A DNA stretch of 64,000 bases from Octopus vulgaris (GCA_951406725.2 OX597832.1:48794001-48858000), one strand, 5' to 3'; shown: positions 41,226 to 55,678, counted from the first letter of the stretch. Program-made: numbers and translations. Notes: generated from the sequence alone by a model not told the origin.

Positions 41226-41370
41226 TGCAAGTACATATCCGTAATTCCAATTATATTTCTTCTGAAATTATTCAAATTTTAACATTTCAAAATTTCATGA
41301 AGAGCTTTCTAATGAAATATAATCACATGATTACACGCTGACGATGGACGTTACCTCATACACACATACA

Positions 41371-41408
<38 letters not shown>

Positions 41409-41422
41409 GCGCGCGCACACAT

Positions 41423-41487
<65 letters not shown>

Positions 41488-41989
41488 GAAATGGTGTTTG
41501 TTAATATGACTCATGTCTATCACTGTCGTAAACAGTGTTCTTCTGGAAGGATTTCTTGGGAGTTCGTTTACACTAAATATATCCTATTTAAAAAACGAAT
41601 ATATTTCTGCACAATTTCGTTTTGCGTCTTCAAGAATGTCACTTAAGAAACATAACACTTAGCACACAACATACATATCCCACCCATATAATTACATGTG
41701 AGCGTGTGGTTACTAAATGTTTATGTCGAAGAATATCTTAGAAAGTGTTCACGAAATCGCCTTGTATATTTATATACGTTCTCCTATTTCTATACACTAG
41801 TAAACAGAAGCATTTTGTTAACATTAGTCATAATAATCTTTGGTGTCAAATACTTTCAAAAGTTAATTTTATTCGATTTTTCACTGTCTCGTTTTCTGCT
41901 AATGAAAGCATTTTCTTTCTTTGTTGTTATTGGAAACAGATGGGTACAGTGACTAAATACATTTATCTGTTATCTATTATCTATTATGT
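41226..41989. repeat. Right arm of inverted duplication (partner 35834-36541)
   Basis: As above; internal (CA)n is longer in this arm. Confidence 0.92.
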
Positions 41990-42700
41990 GTCTCTTGCTG
42001 ATGTTTGTAGGAAACTGTATTTTTAAATCTATGTTGGTGATGTGTGGACAGCTTCTAAAACATTCGTCGCTGACATGCAGACTGTTGTGTGTCATCGTGT
42101 ATAAACGCCTCGATATATACGACGAAACACCCACATATATGACGTCAATAGTATCGAAACACAATATTTAAATATGATTCATATTTTATACCTTAAAATG
42201 CATACAATTTAAATTGATATCTGTTTATATATATAATATATTCCATCTGATGTATACTTACAGCAAAACCTAGAGTTGGTACAGATAACACCATATTAGT
42301 ACAGGTATAGAGATATTTCGAACTACCTATATAATCTGAATATATACATGCCTTACACACAGACACATACACTTATACACATATACACAAAGCCTCCCTG
42401 CCGGCAGCTGTGTATACAACAACACAGAAATACGTATATTCCTTTTGTACATCTATATATGTGTGTGAGACTTCGTGAGAAAGACCACATATGTGTGATG
42501 CGCGCGTGGCGCATGCATATGTTGTTATATATATATATATGTTTATATATATATGTTTATATATATATGTCTAGGAGGGTAATATGTCTTGTGTCTAGGA
42601 GGGTAACTTTCTAGGTGCAATCCCATGGTCATTCATGACCGAAGGGGGTATTTACCTTTATATATGTATATATATATATATATAGTCAGTTAAAAACATA

Positions 42701-42764
<64 letters not shown>

Positions 42765-42768
<4 letters not shown>

Positions 42769-43056
42769 AATAATGGCATTCTACTTTGAAAATTGATCGG
42801 CAACGACGGGATACTGAGTAGAACTAGTATAAAGTTGGACAGAAAATCTAGAGGATAATAGACCATGGGATGTAAGGATATGTAACTACATATACACACA
42901 AACACAATCTCTCTCACACACACACACACACACTCAAACGCATACATGTATACATACATACGTACGCATTCATATGTAGTGTTGTGTAATCATTTATATA
43001 CATATTAATGCTGGCGTGCAACAAACTACAAGAATAAAGAAAATCGCAAACTAGTT
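42765..43056. repeat. Direct duplication, partner 44922-45791 (partner has ~600 bp (CATA)n expansion)
   Basis: 'ttaaataatggcattctactttgaaaattgatcggcaacgacggg...' and '...catatgtagtgttgtgtaatc...cgcaaactagtt' occur in both. Confidence 0.9.
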
Positions 43057-43374
43057 CATATATATATATATATATATATATCTGTGTGTGTGTGTGTAAG
43101 CATCAACAAATGGAAAACAGACACAGAAGGTCACCAAATCCTCATCAGTTATCGGACAAAGGATCTCAGCAATTTCGCGCTTTTAACGATAATGATGTTC
43201 TCTTCTGGAGGCCGCAGCCTCGAGAAGCCGCTGGGAGATAGCGAGTCAACGGACAAGGGACCAAATATGACAAAGTGAACATAAAAACGGGAAATAAATA
43301 TGCAATATACAATTTACAAACGAAATAATAAATACACACTCACACACACACACATATACGTATATGCATATGTA

Positions 43375-43453
<79 letters not shown>

Positions 43454-43533
43454 TTGTGTGGAATTTGATTTAGTATTTCTAAATTGAATTCCTTTTCTTT
43501 GTAAGTTTGGATTTTATTCCCTCAAATAATAAT

Positions 43534-43666
<133 letters not shown>

Positions 43667-44099
43667 GTTTATACACACACATATATTAATAAACATAGTG
43701 TTTATTGATTGCTCATAAGCTTATGCATTTCCTACTTGAACCATTCCTTCCTTTCCCGTCTGTCCAATTTAATTCGTCTGTTTCTATATATTTTAATATC
43801 CTACGCTCTCGAATATGTATATGAAATATATATTCTCAAGATACAAAGCAAAATGAAAGCTCTGATGTAAATATTTTTTATTATTGGATAAATAAAAATG
43901 CATAAGACTAGAAACGGGGAAACTATAAATGAGTTTAGGTCGAAAGACATGCAAGACGCATATACGAGTAGCAAACAGACTGCGAAACCGATATAGAAAC
44001 CAATTACATTTGTATTAAGCCAAAGAACTACTGCATTGGTTATTTGCGCTTGAAGCTATGTGTGTATGTTTGTATGTAATGTAACAAGTATATAAATGA

Positions 44100-44305
44100 G
44101 AGTCGCCATGATAGCTCGTTAGCCACTACACACATTTTTCTCTCTCTTATTTTCTCTCCTTGTTTTTTCTGTGTCTTTTTCTGTAGAAGAGCGTAGGCTC
44201 GAAACATAAAAGACATTTTCTATTCCTGAGCGTTATACTAATACATCTGTTTGTTTTGTACACCACCTGTCTTTGTCTTTTATTTTTTTCGTAAACTCTC
44301 CCTAT
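44100..44305 (+). mobile_element. Penelope-like small repeat with variant hammerhead fold
   Basis: gtcttttt-CTGTAGA-a-gagc-gtag-gctc-GAAA-ca-TA-aaagac at 44173-44214. Confidence 0.6.
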
Positions 44306-44649
44306 ATATGAGAGTGTATATGCGAATGGATGTGAATATGTCATGGAAGGCTCCGAAATGGTGCGCCCTCGAGAAAAAACAGATTTGGTTCTTTATTTTA
44401 TTTGCGATATCTGCGACCCAATGACAAAGTATTCAGTTATAATCAATGAAAGAATTTGATTTTCTACGAAAAATAACTCAACGTTTAGATTCGACAAATC
44501 TCCAGCTCTCTATCTGTGGCCGTCAAGCTCTCTCTCTCTCTTTCTATCTCTCTCTCTCTCTCTCTCTCACTCTTTCTATCTCTCTTTTTATGCCTTTCTC
44601 TCTACAGATTTACCACACTCTTTATCTCTCTCTTCCTCTCCGCTTCTCC

Positions 44650-44721
<72 letters not shown>

Positions 44722-46054
44722 AACTCGAAAGACTCTCACGAAGCATTAGCAGCGAGCTAAGAAAAATATTTACATCTATGCACCAAATGGCAAAACAAAA
44801 CCTTACTTTATCGATAAATTATAAATCGACCCAAATAATTCAGAAATCAGTCCTCATCAAGAAGCCTATCTCTCGGAGCAGACAGGGTCTGATAAGGAAA
44901 ATATATATATATATTAAAAAATTTAAATAATGGTATTCTACTTTGAAAATTGATCGGCAACGACGGGATGCTGAGTAGAACTAGTATAAAGTTGGACAGA
45001 AAATCTGGAGGATAATAGACCATGCCATGTAGAGATACGTAACTACATATACACATAAACACAATCACACACACACACACAGACACGATCATACACACAC
45101 GCACACAAACACACACACTCAAACGCATACATACATATACACACACATACATACACACATACATACATACATACATACATACATACATACATACATACAT
45201 ACACACATACACACATATATATATATACATACATACATACACACATACACACATACATACATACACACATACACACACATACATACATACACACACATAC
45301 ATACATACATACACACACATACATACATACATACATACACACATACACACACACACATACATACATACATACATACATACATACATACACACACATACAT
45401 ACATACATACATACATACACACACACACATACATATATACATACATACATACACACATACATACATACATACATACACATACATACACACACACATACAT
45501 ACATACATACATACACACATACATACATACATACATACATACATACATACACACATACATACACATACATACATACATACATACATACATACATACATAC
45601 ATACATACATACATACATACATACATACATACATACATACATACATACATACATACATGCATACATACATACATACATACATACATACATACGCACGCAC
45701 ACACTCATATGTAGTGTTGTGTAATCATTTATATACATATTAATGCCGGCGTACAACAAACTACGAGAATAAAGAACATCGCAAACTAGTTTAATTGGCC
45801 GACGTTCAATAAATGGTTTTCTCTATGTCATTGTGCAACAGTCAAGGATCAACGGTTATTTCAACGATGTAAACAAACGCCTCTCATTCTGTTTTGCTTT
45901 GATTTTTGCATAAAATACATTTCTGGTTTTCCATAACCTAGATTTGTGAAATACTGTGTGATGGTAAAAAAAAGAATGCGAGCAATATAGAGGCAGAAAT
46001 AGAGAGAGAGAAGAAGGATGAGAGACAGACAGACAGACTGGGAGTGTGGTTAAT

Positions 46055-46659
46055 ATATATTTCTTTATTGCCCACAAGGGGCTAAACATAGAGGGGACAA
46101 ACAAGGACAGACAAAGGGATTAAGTCGATTACATCAACCCCCAGTGCGTAACTGGTACTTTATTTATTGACCTCGAAAGGATGAAAGGCAAAGTCGACCT
46201 CGGCGGAATTTGAACTCAGAACGTAACGTAAGACGAAATACCTATTTCTTTATTACCCACAAGGGGCTGCACACAGAGGGGACAAACAAGGACAGACAAA
46301 GGGATTAAGTCGATTACATCGACCCCAGTGCGTAACTGGTACTTTATTTATCGACCCCGAAAGGATGAAAGGCAAAGTCGACCTCGGCGGAATTTGAACT
46401 CACAACGTAACGTCAGACGAAATACCTATTTCTTTATTACCCACAAGGGGCTAAACACAGAGGGCACAAACAAGGACAGACAAAAGGATTAAGTCGATTA
46501 CATCGACCCCAGTGCGTAACTGGTACTTTATTTATCGACCCCGAAAGGATGAAAGGCAAAGTCGACCTCGGCGGAATTTGAACTCACAACGTAACGACAG
46601 ACGAAATGCGGCTACGCATTTCGCCCGGCGTGCTAACGTTTCTGCCAGCTCGCCGCCTT
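46055..46659 (-). mobile_element. SINE family A, trimeric, young
   Basis: Three nearly identical ~180-bp bodies and one head. Confidence 0.92.
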
Positions 46660-46793
46660 AGCCAGATAGAGAAAAAAGGCGAGAGGAATGAAGAAAAGCT
46701 AGTGAGGCAAATAGTAATAAGCAGTGGTAATTTGGGAGGGAAATTGACGGGGATGAAGACAGTCGGACATAGTTATATACTCTTTTACTCTCT

Positions 46794-47210
46794 TAAGGCG
46801 GCGAGCTGGCAGAAACGTTAGCACGCCGGGCGAAATGCGTAGCCGTATTTCGTCTGCCGTTTCGTTCTGAGTTCAAATTCCGCCGAGGTCGACTTTGCAT
46901 TTCATCCTTTCGGGGTCGATAAATTAAGTACCAGTTACGCACTGGGGTCGATATAATCGACTTAATCCTTTTGTCTGTCCTTGTGTGTCCCCTCTGTGTT
47001 TAGCCCCTTGTGGGTAGTAAAGAAATAAGTATTTCGTCTGCCGCTACGTTCTGAGTTCAAATTCCGCCGAGGTCGACTTTGCTTTTCATCCTTTAGAGAT
47101 CGATAAATTAAGTACCAGTTACACACTGGGGTCGATGTAATCGACTTAATCTGTTTGTCTGTCCTTGTTTGTCCTCTCTGTGTTCAGCCCCATGTGGGTA
47201 GTAAAGAAAT
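46794..47210 (+). mobile_element. SINE family A, dimeric, TSD-flanked
   Basis: 19-bp TSD 'atatactc(t/g)tttactctct' at 46775-46793 and 47211-47229. Confidence 0.92.
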
Positions 47211-47234
47211 ATATACTCGTTTACTCTCTGGCTC

Positions 47235-47645
47235 CTTTACTTGTTTCAGTCATTTCGACTGCGTCCATGCTGGAGCACCGTCTTTAGTCGAGCAAATTGA
47301 CCCCATGACTTATTCTTTGTAAGCCTAGTACTTATTCTATCGGGTTCTTTTGCCAAACCGCTAAGTTACTGCTAAGTACGTAAACGCACCAGCATCGGTT
47401 GTCAAGCGATGTTGGGGACACACACGCACACGCACACACACGCACACACACGCACATACACACACACACATACATATATACGACAGGTTTCTTTCGGTTA
47501 CCGTCTACCAAATCCACCCACAAGACTTTCGTCGGCTCGAGACTATACTAGAAGACACTTGCCCAAGGTGCCACCGCAGTGAGTCTGAAGCCGAAACCAT
47601 GTAGTTGGTAAGCAAGCTACTTACCACAAAGCCACTCCTACGCCT
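47235..47645 (-). mobile_element. SINE family B
   Basis: Reverse complement of family B. Confidence 0.85.
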
Positions 47646-48149
47646 AAAATTTCATAAATGCTTCCTACTTACAAACTGCGCCGATCTCTGTGCAGCCATG
47701 GTACGTAGTCTTTTCTATATAAGAGTTTGCGTGATGTATTCTAAAACCAGACATTATTTTTCTTCTTATATTTTTTTTTATCTGGTTAGTCTTGTAGATT
47801 CTTTTAATCATGCAAGTTTAATAACATATCACAGAATCATCAATTTTTTAAATCGTGTTTTTTTGTGTTCGTTGCTAACTTCGGTTTTGCCATTACGTAA
47901 ATAATAATATTACTAACGTTTCTTCTTTTTGTTTTTGTTTTTTGTTTCGTGTGCTGATCACAGTCTAGCTCATTGATGCCAACCAATTTGTGTTCCAGAT
48001 TTGTTGTAAATTTATTTATCTCTGTTTCTTATATTTTTTGTATGATATCTTTTGTTCTGAATTAATCTTACTTTCTTCCAAGCTGACTCGGCGCATTTTT
48101 CTAATCTGTCCATCATCATCATCATCATCATCATCAACATCACCACCAC

Positions 48150-48208
<59 letters not shown>

Positions 48209-48221
48209 CCATCATCATCAC

Positions 48222-48277
<56 letters not shown>

Positions 48278-48281
48278 CCAC

Positions 48282-48412
<131 letters not shown>

Positions 48413-48445
48413 CCACCATCATCATCATCAGCAGCAGCAGCAGCA

Positions 48446-49265
48446 GTATTTCGTCTGTCTTCACGTTTTGCTTTCAAATTCCGCTGAGGTCGACTTTGCC
48501 TTTCATCGTTTCGGGGTCGATAAATTAACTACCAGTTTCATACTGAGGTTGATCTAATCGACTGGCCCCCTCCGGCAAAATTTCTGACCTTGTGCCTAGA
48601 GTAGAAAACAATATTTATCGAAGATATCTGTTTGGCACGAGATGGCAGAAGCATCAGCACGTCAGGCGAAATGCTTTGTCGTATTTCGTCTGTCTTTAGG
48701 TTCGAATTCCGTCGAAGTCGACTTTGCTTTTCATCCTTTCGGATTCAATAAATTAAGTACCAGCTTCATACTGGGTGGATCTAATCGACTGGCTCCTCCC
48801 CCAAAATTTCGTGCCTTGTGCCTAGTGTAGAAACGTTAAGGCGGTGAGTTGGCGGAAATGTTAGCACGTCAAGCGAAATGCTTAACGGCATTTCGTCTGC
48901 CGTGACGTTCTAAATTCAAATTCCGCTGAGGTCAACTTTGCCTTTCATCTTTATGGGGTCGATAAATTAAGTACCGGTTACGCACTGGGGTCGATGTAAT
49001 CGACTTAATCCCTTTGTCTATCCTTGTTTGTCCCTCTATGTTTAGCCGCTTGTGGGCAATAAAGAAATAAGTAATGTTAGCACACCGGGCGAAATGCTTA
49101 GTGGTATTTCATCTGTCTTTACGTTCTGAGTTCAAATTCCGCCGAGGTCGACTTTTCCTTTCATCCTTTCGGGGTCGATAAATTAAGTTTCAGTGTAATA
49201 CTAGGGTCAATGTAACTTATTAATCCCTTCCTCTCAAATTTCGAGCCTTGTGCCTATAGTAGAAA
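48446..49265 (+). mobile_element. Cluster of four SINE family A units
   Basis: Cores at ~48490, ~48715, ~48930 and ~49145. Confidence 0.85.
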
Positions 49266-49314
49266 GGTTCATCATTATTATTATTATCATTATCATTATT
49301 GAGTTAGAGAACTC

Positions 49315-49408
<94 letters not shown>

Positions 49409-49652
49409 TGTATATCAAAGCCAACTAGTTTTATTTGTTTATTTTTCATCAGTATATTCGTATCTGCTCACTTGGCTTTCCCTCAAAGACAATGTTTAGC
49501 CCGCTGACTTGATCACCGGTAAAGATTTCGCTGAAATCAAAGTTCAGATATTTTGATCGCTACAAAGAGTTTCCTATATATAGATTTCATCTCATATTGA
49601 GATCTCAATCTCATCTGTTCACTTTCTCTCTCTCTCTCCTTCTCTCTCTCCT

Positions 49653-49736
<84 letters not shown>

Positions 49737-49943
49737 TATATATTTGTGTTTGCGTGTACGTTTGTGGATACGTAAACAAATTTCCCATTGGTTTTTCGAG
49801 TTTTATTTGATTCGGGCGAAACTATTCCTTTTGATGTCAGATATGCTACCTGCGATTGTCCAACATCCTGCTGACATCACAAATTATTCGTCTATATCAT
49901 TTCAAACTAACGAAAACTACTTTAATACATAAATACATATATA

Positions 49944-50757
49944 TTAGGTTAGCAACTAAGTTCTCGCCGTTTTTTTTAAATCCAAATTTTCTACAAGGTT
50001 TAATAAAAAAAAATAATAATTATTAATTAATAATGTATTCACCCTTGTTGTTTACAACTTCTTCCCAACGTTCGACAAGATTTTCAATACCTCGTTGGTA
50101 GAAATCACCCGATTTCGACTCGAAAAAAGGATTCAACCAAGCTCTCAATTCTGCATCAATATTGAACGAAACTCCGCGCTTATCATGTGAAAGTGATCCA
50201 AAGAGGTGGAAATCCGTTGGTGCCAAATCATGAGAGTACGGCGGTTGTGGCAGCAATTCCCAGCCACGCGTTTGAATGGCTTCCTTGGTCATATTGGCAA
50301 TATGAGGGTGGGCGTTGTCGTGCAGCAGAAGAACTCCATGCTAACGATTAGGTCTTTTTGTCTTGAATAGTCGTGTTGAGTCGTTCCATCTGTTGAACAT
50401 AGAGTTCCGCGTTGACTGTTTGGTTCCGTTGAAGCAATTCGTAATGGATAATCCCTTCCCAGTCCCACCATACGCACAACATCGTTTTACGCGGATGAAG
50501 ATCTTGTTTCACCCGCGGTGTCCCTTGTTTACCGGTGCTAAGTCATTCCTTACGCTGCTTCGTATTGATGTACAGGCACCATTTTTCGTCGCCAGTAACG
50601 ATTCGGTAAAGAAATCGTTGCTTGTGTCCATGAGTTGAGTGGTGACGAGCAAGCAAACCAGCGGAGATTGTGGCTCGTTGATTTTTGCTGTCACTTAAAT
50701 CATGCGGAACCCATGCTTCATACTTCTGAACCTTTCCCATCGACTGAAGATGCTTCT
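49944..50757 (-). mobile_element. Mariner element, 3' portion with TIR, frameshifted transposase
   Basis: TA followed by 'ttaggttagcaactaagttctcgccgttttt' terminus; motifs WVPHDL, IVTGDEKW, LLHDNAHPH, YSHDLAPTDFHLF spread over several frames. Confidence 0.92.
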
Positions 50758-51047
50758 CTATATATATGTATGTATATGCATATAAACATACACATATATA
50801 CATACTTACATATATATGTCTATATACGTGCATATATGGACACAGGACGCCATAAAACGGAAGCAACATGAAATACGAAGACAAAATTTTATACGCGAAC
50901 AACGAAAGAAACAAATGGAAAACATGACAAGTAACATAAAGAACGACCCTTCATCAGCTGTCGGCTGTTTGATGTCATGTACCCATATATGCATGTATAT
51001 ATACTTATATATGTACATATATGTATGTATATATGCATATATTTATA

Positions 51048-51344
51048 TCACCGTGATATCAGATGTTGCTACACATCGCTGGTCACAATGCGCTTCGCAT
51101 TGTTTTAGCCTTCAAATGACGCCACCCCGCTGGCTAAGCGAGCTGGCCAACAGAAGAAAGAGTGAGAGGAAGTTGCGGCGAAAGAGTACAGCAGGGATCG
51201 CCACCTCACTCCCCTGCCGGGGTCTCGTGGAGCTTTTAGGTGTTTTCGCTCAATAAACACTCACAACACCCGGTATGGGAATCGAAACCGTGATCCTACA
51301 ACCGCGAGTCCGCTGCCCTAACCACTGGGCCATTGCGCCTCCAC
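51048..51344 (-). mobile_element. SINE family C, tail type b
   Basis: Reverse complement of the 36943 type. Confidence 0.88.
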
Positions 51345-51498
51345 ACACACACACGCACACACACACACACATATATATACATATATATACACATACATGC
51401 ACACAAATAGCTGTATGAGAAGCTGTCTGTTTTAGACTACGAGCCAAGTAACTTCAATTTAAAACATGACAGGATAAGAACAAATTCATATACATTTA

Positions 51499-51564
<66 letters not shown>

Positions 51565-52084
51565 CGTGCGTGTATGTGCGTGTGTATGTTTCGAACCAGG
51601 AGTAGGCAGCACAAAGGAATCCCGGGCCCTAATAATCAGTTTGTAGCTTGACAGAGCTGATAACAACATAGAAGAATTAAAAACAAATAAAACGAATAGA
51701 AAATACAAAGAAACTATCCTACGTCAAATCCTTTACAGCAATTTATCACACTTGTGACACACAGACAGATCTCTGAACTCAATTAATTACCGAGCAAATA
51801 ATAGTTTCTAATTTGAGCACAAGGCACAGGGATGGCTAAGTGGTGAAGGAGCTCGGTTTTCAACCACGTGGTTTCGCGTTCAGTTCCGCTGCTCGTCATG
51901 TTGGGCAAGTCTTTTCTATCATAGCTCGGCGCCGACCAATGCCTTGTCTTGTGAGTGAACTTGGTAGGTGTGTATGTGTGTGTGTTTGTGTGAGAGGGAG
52001 TGTATTGCGTGATCCCATAAATAATGCGTTTTTTTGTATTTCTTTTAATTTTCAAAATTAAGAAAAACAAAGTTCTTTTTTAAT

Positions 52085-53030
52085 CTAAAATATACTCTCC
52101 TTCATTTTCTACAATGCTCTTCCATCTATCTGGTCGACTTGCAAGGCCATTCTTTCAAAAAATACAAAAAATACCCCTCCAGTACTGTTCTGACTTCGTC
52201 TACAGAATTCATATTTTTCTGTCCAAATAATTTTGAAGACTGTGGAATAAATGATAAGCACATGGAGCAACGTCCGGCGAAGGTGGTAGTGCTAGTGGTG
52301 CGTGAGGCATCGTTTCCCATTCAAACTACTACAGCATTTGAAATGTCATCCTCGCTTTATCCTGATGGAAGACTAGCTTTCATCTTGAAACCAAAGATGG
52401 TCGTTTTTCTTCTAGTGCTGACTTAAGCCACTTAAGCTGCTCGGCGTAAATCTCCTTTGTTATCGTTTGGTTCGAGTTTAAAAGTTCAAAGTGGACTAAA
52501 CCGTTTATATCCCACAAAACAGCTAACAACACCTTACGTGGGTGAAGACCTTCTTTAGCCTGGGGTGCCGATATTTCTCTTTTCCCTACCCACTGTATTC
52601 GGCGCTTGACATTTTTATAGAGAACCCATTTCTCGTCACCAGTCACTATTCGGTTCAAAACCAAGTTCATTCGTGAGACATGACAACAAAGAGGAGCTCA
52701 CATTCACTCTGTGCGTGCGATTAGACTCGGAAAGTTTGTAAGGAACACATTGACCCAATTTATTCGTTTTTCCGATGAGTCGCAGGTGTCGATGAATGGC
52801 TAATTGACCAAATCCAAGCTTCTTTGCTAGTTCCTCAACGGTTACGATGGGGTTTTTGTTCCACCAGGATGTGCAGGACGTCCTCGTCAAGCTCTGCTTT
52901 TCTTTCAGGACGAGGGTCGTCTTCTAGGCTGTAGTTTCCATCTCGGAATTTCTGGAACCACTGCTGACACTGGCTTACGCTTATTGTCTGTTCCCCATGT
53001 ACTGCATTAATATTCCTCGTACTGCCCATT
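52085..53030 (-). pseudogene. Second, distinct mariner transposase remnant
   Basis: 'WFQKFRDGNYSLEDDPRP', 'VEELAKKLG..IHRHL..IGK..LGQCVPYKL', 'IVTGDEKWVLYKN', 'LHPRKVLLAVLWD..GLVHFELL'; multiple frameshifts. Confidence 0.92.
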
Positions 53031-53069
53031 GCAGGTAGTTCATCCCGTACCTCTCTGACTTTTAGGTTT

Positions 53070-53108
<39 letters not shown>

Positions 53109-53344
53109 CAAAAATATGATTATAATTAAGGGCGCTGGATGCCAACGAATATACGCTAGAAGATGTCAAATTTCTACAAGCCACTCTAAATCTGTTCTCC
53201 ATTTACAACCCTAGGCCAACTGCAAAGTAATGAGGAAGAAGCTCAACAAAGTTTCGGATAATCCAATATCTTAAGATTTCGTGTTCTTTAATAAAGATCA
53301 CGTTACTCTCCTCAGTAGAGATATACCCACGAAATATGAGCGAA

Positions 53345-53655
53345 AATATATATACATACCGATAAATTTCCAAGTACAGATACCAACATATACATGCATT
53401 TCCCGCGTATATATTACGTCTAATCACCCATCTCAGCCATGTGGTTAATGTCAGAAATCATGGAGGGTGAATATAATACCACAGCATAATACAATAGCTA
53501 GACTACTCAAAATTATTTATACTTATAAATTGAGGATATAATCATTAAAATGATTACTTCTGACATTAACCACATGGCCGAGATGGGCGATTAGACGAAA
53601 TGTATACACGGGAAATATATTGGTGTCAGTACGTGGAAACCTATCGAGATGTACC
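53345..53655. repeat. ~110-bp diverged inverted repeats with ~100-bp spacer (MITE or fold-back)
   Basis: 'cgtctaatcacccatctcagccatgtggttaatgtcagaa' versus 'ttctgacattaaccacatggccgagatgggcgattagacg'. Confidence 0.8.
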
Positions 53656-53735
53656 GTATATATTCGGCTATAAGTCGCACTTTTTCTCCTTGAAATTTTC
53701 ACCTGATGTTGGGGGTACGACTTATAAGTGCAGCC
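53652..53735 (+). mobile_element. Possible Tc2/pogo-like transposon terminus
   Basis: 'taccgtatatattcggctataagtcgcac...gtacgacttata' resembles TA-CCGTA ends with an internal tataagtcg/cgacttata inverted motif. Confidence 0.45.
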
Positions 53736-53917
53736 TATTAAAAAAAAATCTTTAAATATTTTCTAGGTATAAGTCACGTCTGAAGTTCTGACACTTGGAA
53801 TAACCAAAGTAACCCGAATCGCTACTTCCGAAGCCGAGAAGTACACGGAAGATATACCACACGCTTGCATCTATATATCTATGTGTATATATATGTATGT
53901 ATATATATGTATATATG

Positions 53918-53977
<60 letters not shown>

Positions 53978-54309
53978 TCCGCTCAAATTTCGCCTGCCGA
54001 GTTCACTCACAAATCATTGGTTGAGCCCGGGCTATACACACACACACACACAAACACACACAAACACACACACACACAAACACGCACACAAACACACACA
54101 CACACGTATGTATATACATTTATATACGAATGTTTGTATATCCTTATTTCAAGAATTGTTACACTTTCATCAGTAACACATCAAACCCAGCAACTATTTA
54201 CAAACGCATTGCTTAAATATCAACCGAGCTTAACGTTGTAGCACTACTGAACAGACCAATTTACATATCAAACACATTCCTGGAAGCTGCTGCGTAAATA
54301 TCGGTTTGA

Positions 54310-54507
54310 AATTTTAGCACAATGACATCAGTTTTGTGGAAAGGCCAAGTCCATTAAATCGACCCCAGTGCTCAACCGGTACTCATTTTATTGAGCCCGA
54401 TAGAATAGAAGGCAAAGTCAAATCGGCGGAATTTGAACTCAGAACGTAGAGACAGACGCAATGCCGCCAAGCATCTTGCTTGGTGTGCTAACGATTCTGT
54501 CAGCTCG
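54310..54507 (-). mobile_element. Diverged SINE family A
   Basis: 'ggcggaatttgaactcagaacgt...ctaacgattctgtcagctcg'; similar remnants at ~3250-3400, ~22615-22790, ~26030-26190, ~33610-33750 and ~62640-62820. Confidence 0.75.
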
Positions 54508-55299
54508 TACTGCCATTAGCAGATACGGTGGAATTAATAACCAGCAAAAATGCAATATTTCATTTCGCATTCATTATATAAAAGTCAATATTACGTCTTA
54601 CTTTTTGCTTTAGCAGTACATTCTCATTTCTAAGTAATAAACTAGAGGCATTCTTTCGTTTTAACACGAGTAAATGATTGTTACTTTATTTTATCGACCT
54701 CGGATGTATGGAAGGCGAAGTTGACCCCGGCGGGATGTGACCGAAGAAGCATAAATATCGTAAAAGTTTGTCGCGAAATCACGAAAGCGCATCCGTTGTT
54801 ACTCCTCCTCCTCCTCCTCCTCCTCCTCCTCCTCTTCCTCCGCCTCTTCCTCCGCCTCTTCCTCCGCCTCTTCCTCCTCCCTGCCGCCACCACCGCCGCC
54901 CCGGCCTTATCTCGCACCACCTTACGTCCCTCATTTTTCGCGTTGGATGTGAACTGACACCGTTCTTCACGACTACCAAAAATAAAGATATTGTTTATTT
55001 TTGAAAATGAAAAGGAAAAGTGTTGATGTTGTTGTTGGTGGCGGTAGGGGTAGTGATGGTTGGTGCTGGTGGTGGTGGATAAAGAAGAAGAAGGACGAGA
55101 AGAAGATGTGGAAAAAGAAGATAAAAGAAGAAGCAAAGGAAGAAGAAAAAGAAGAAGAAATACAATTAAACTTAACAAAACTAAATAAGGAGAGTCAAAC
55201 CCAAAATACAATGAGGTTCAAAATAAGCCAAAAGTTAAAAATATACTTTTTGTTGCTGTGGTTGTTGTCCTTCTTCTTCTTCTTCTTCTTCTTCTTCTT

Positions 55300-55390
<91 letters not shown>

Positions 55391-55442
55391 TTTTTCTTCA
55401 TCATTTTTTCCTTCGTCATCTACTACTACTACTACCACCAGC

Positions 55443-55519
<77 letters not shown>

Positions 55520-55639
55520 TACTACTACTACTACTACTACTCCTACCACCACCACCACCACCACCACTACTTCTACCACCACCACCACAACCACCATCAC
55601 GACTACTACTGCTACAACCACCACCACCACTATTACCAT

Positions 55640-55678
<39 letters not shown>

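Noticed and set aside
46055-46659. Regular ~180-bp repeats as a CRISPR array or satellite
   Set aside because: There are no unique spacers, the context is eukaryotic, and the units are SINE bodies with a head.
49944-53030. The two mariner remnants as one interrupted element or a SETMAR-like domesticated gene
   Set aside because: Both contain the TGDEKW region with different sequences, so they are separate copies; both are frameshifted and no SET domain is present.
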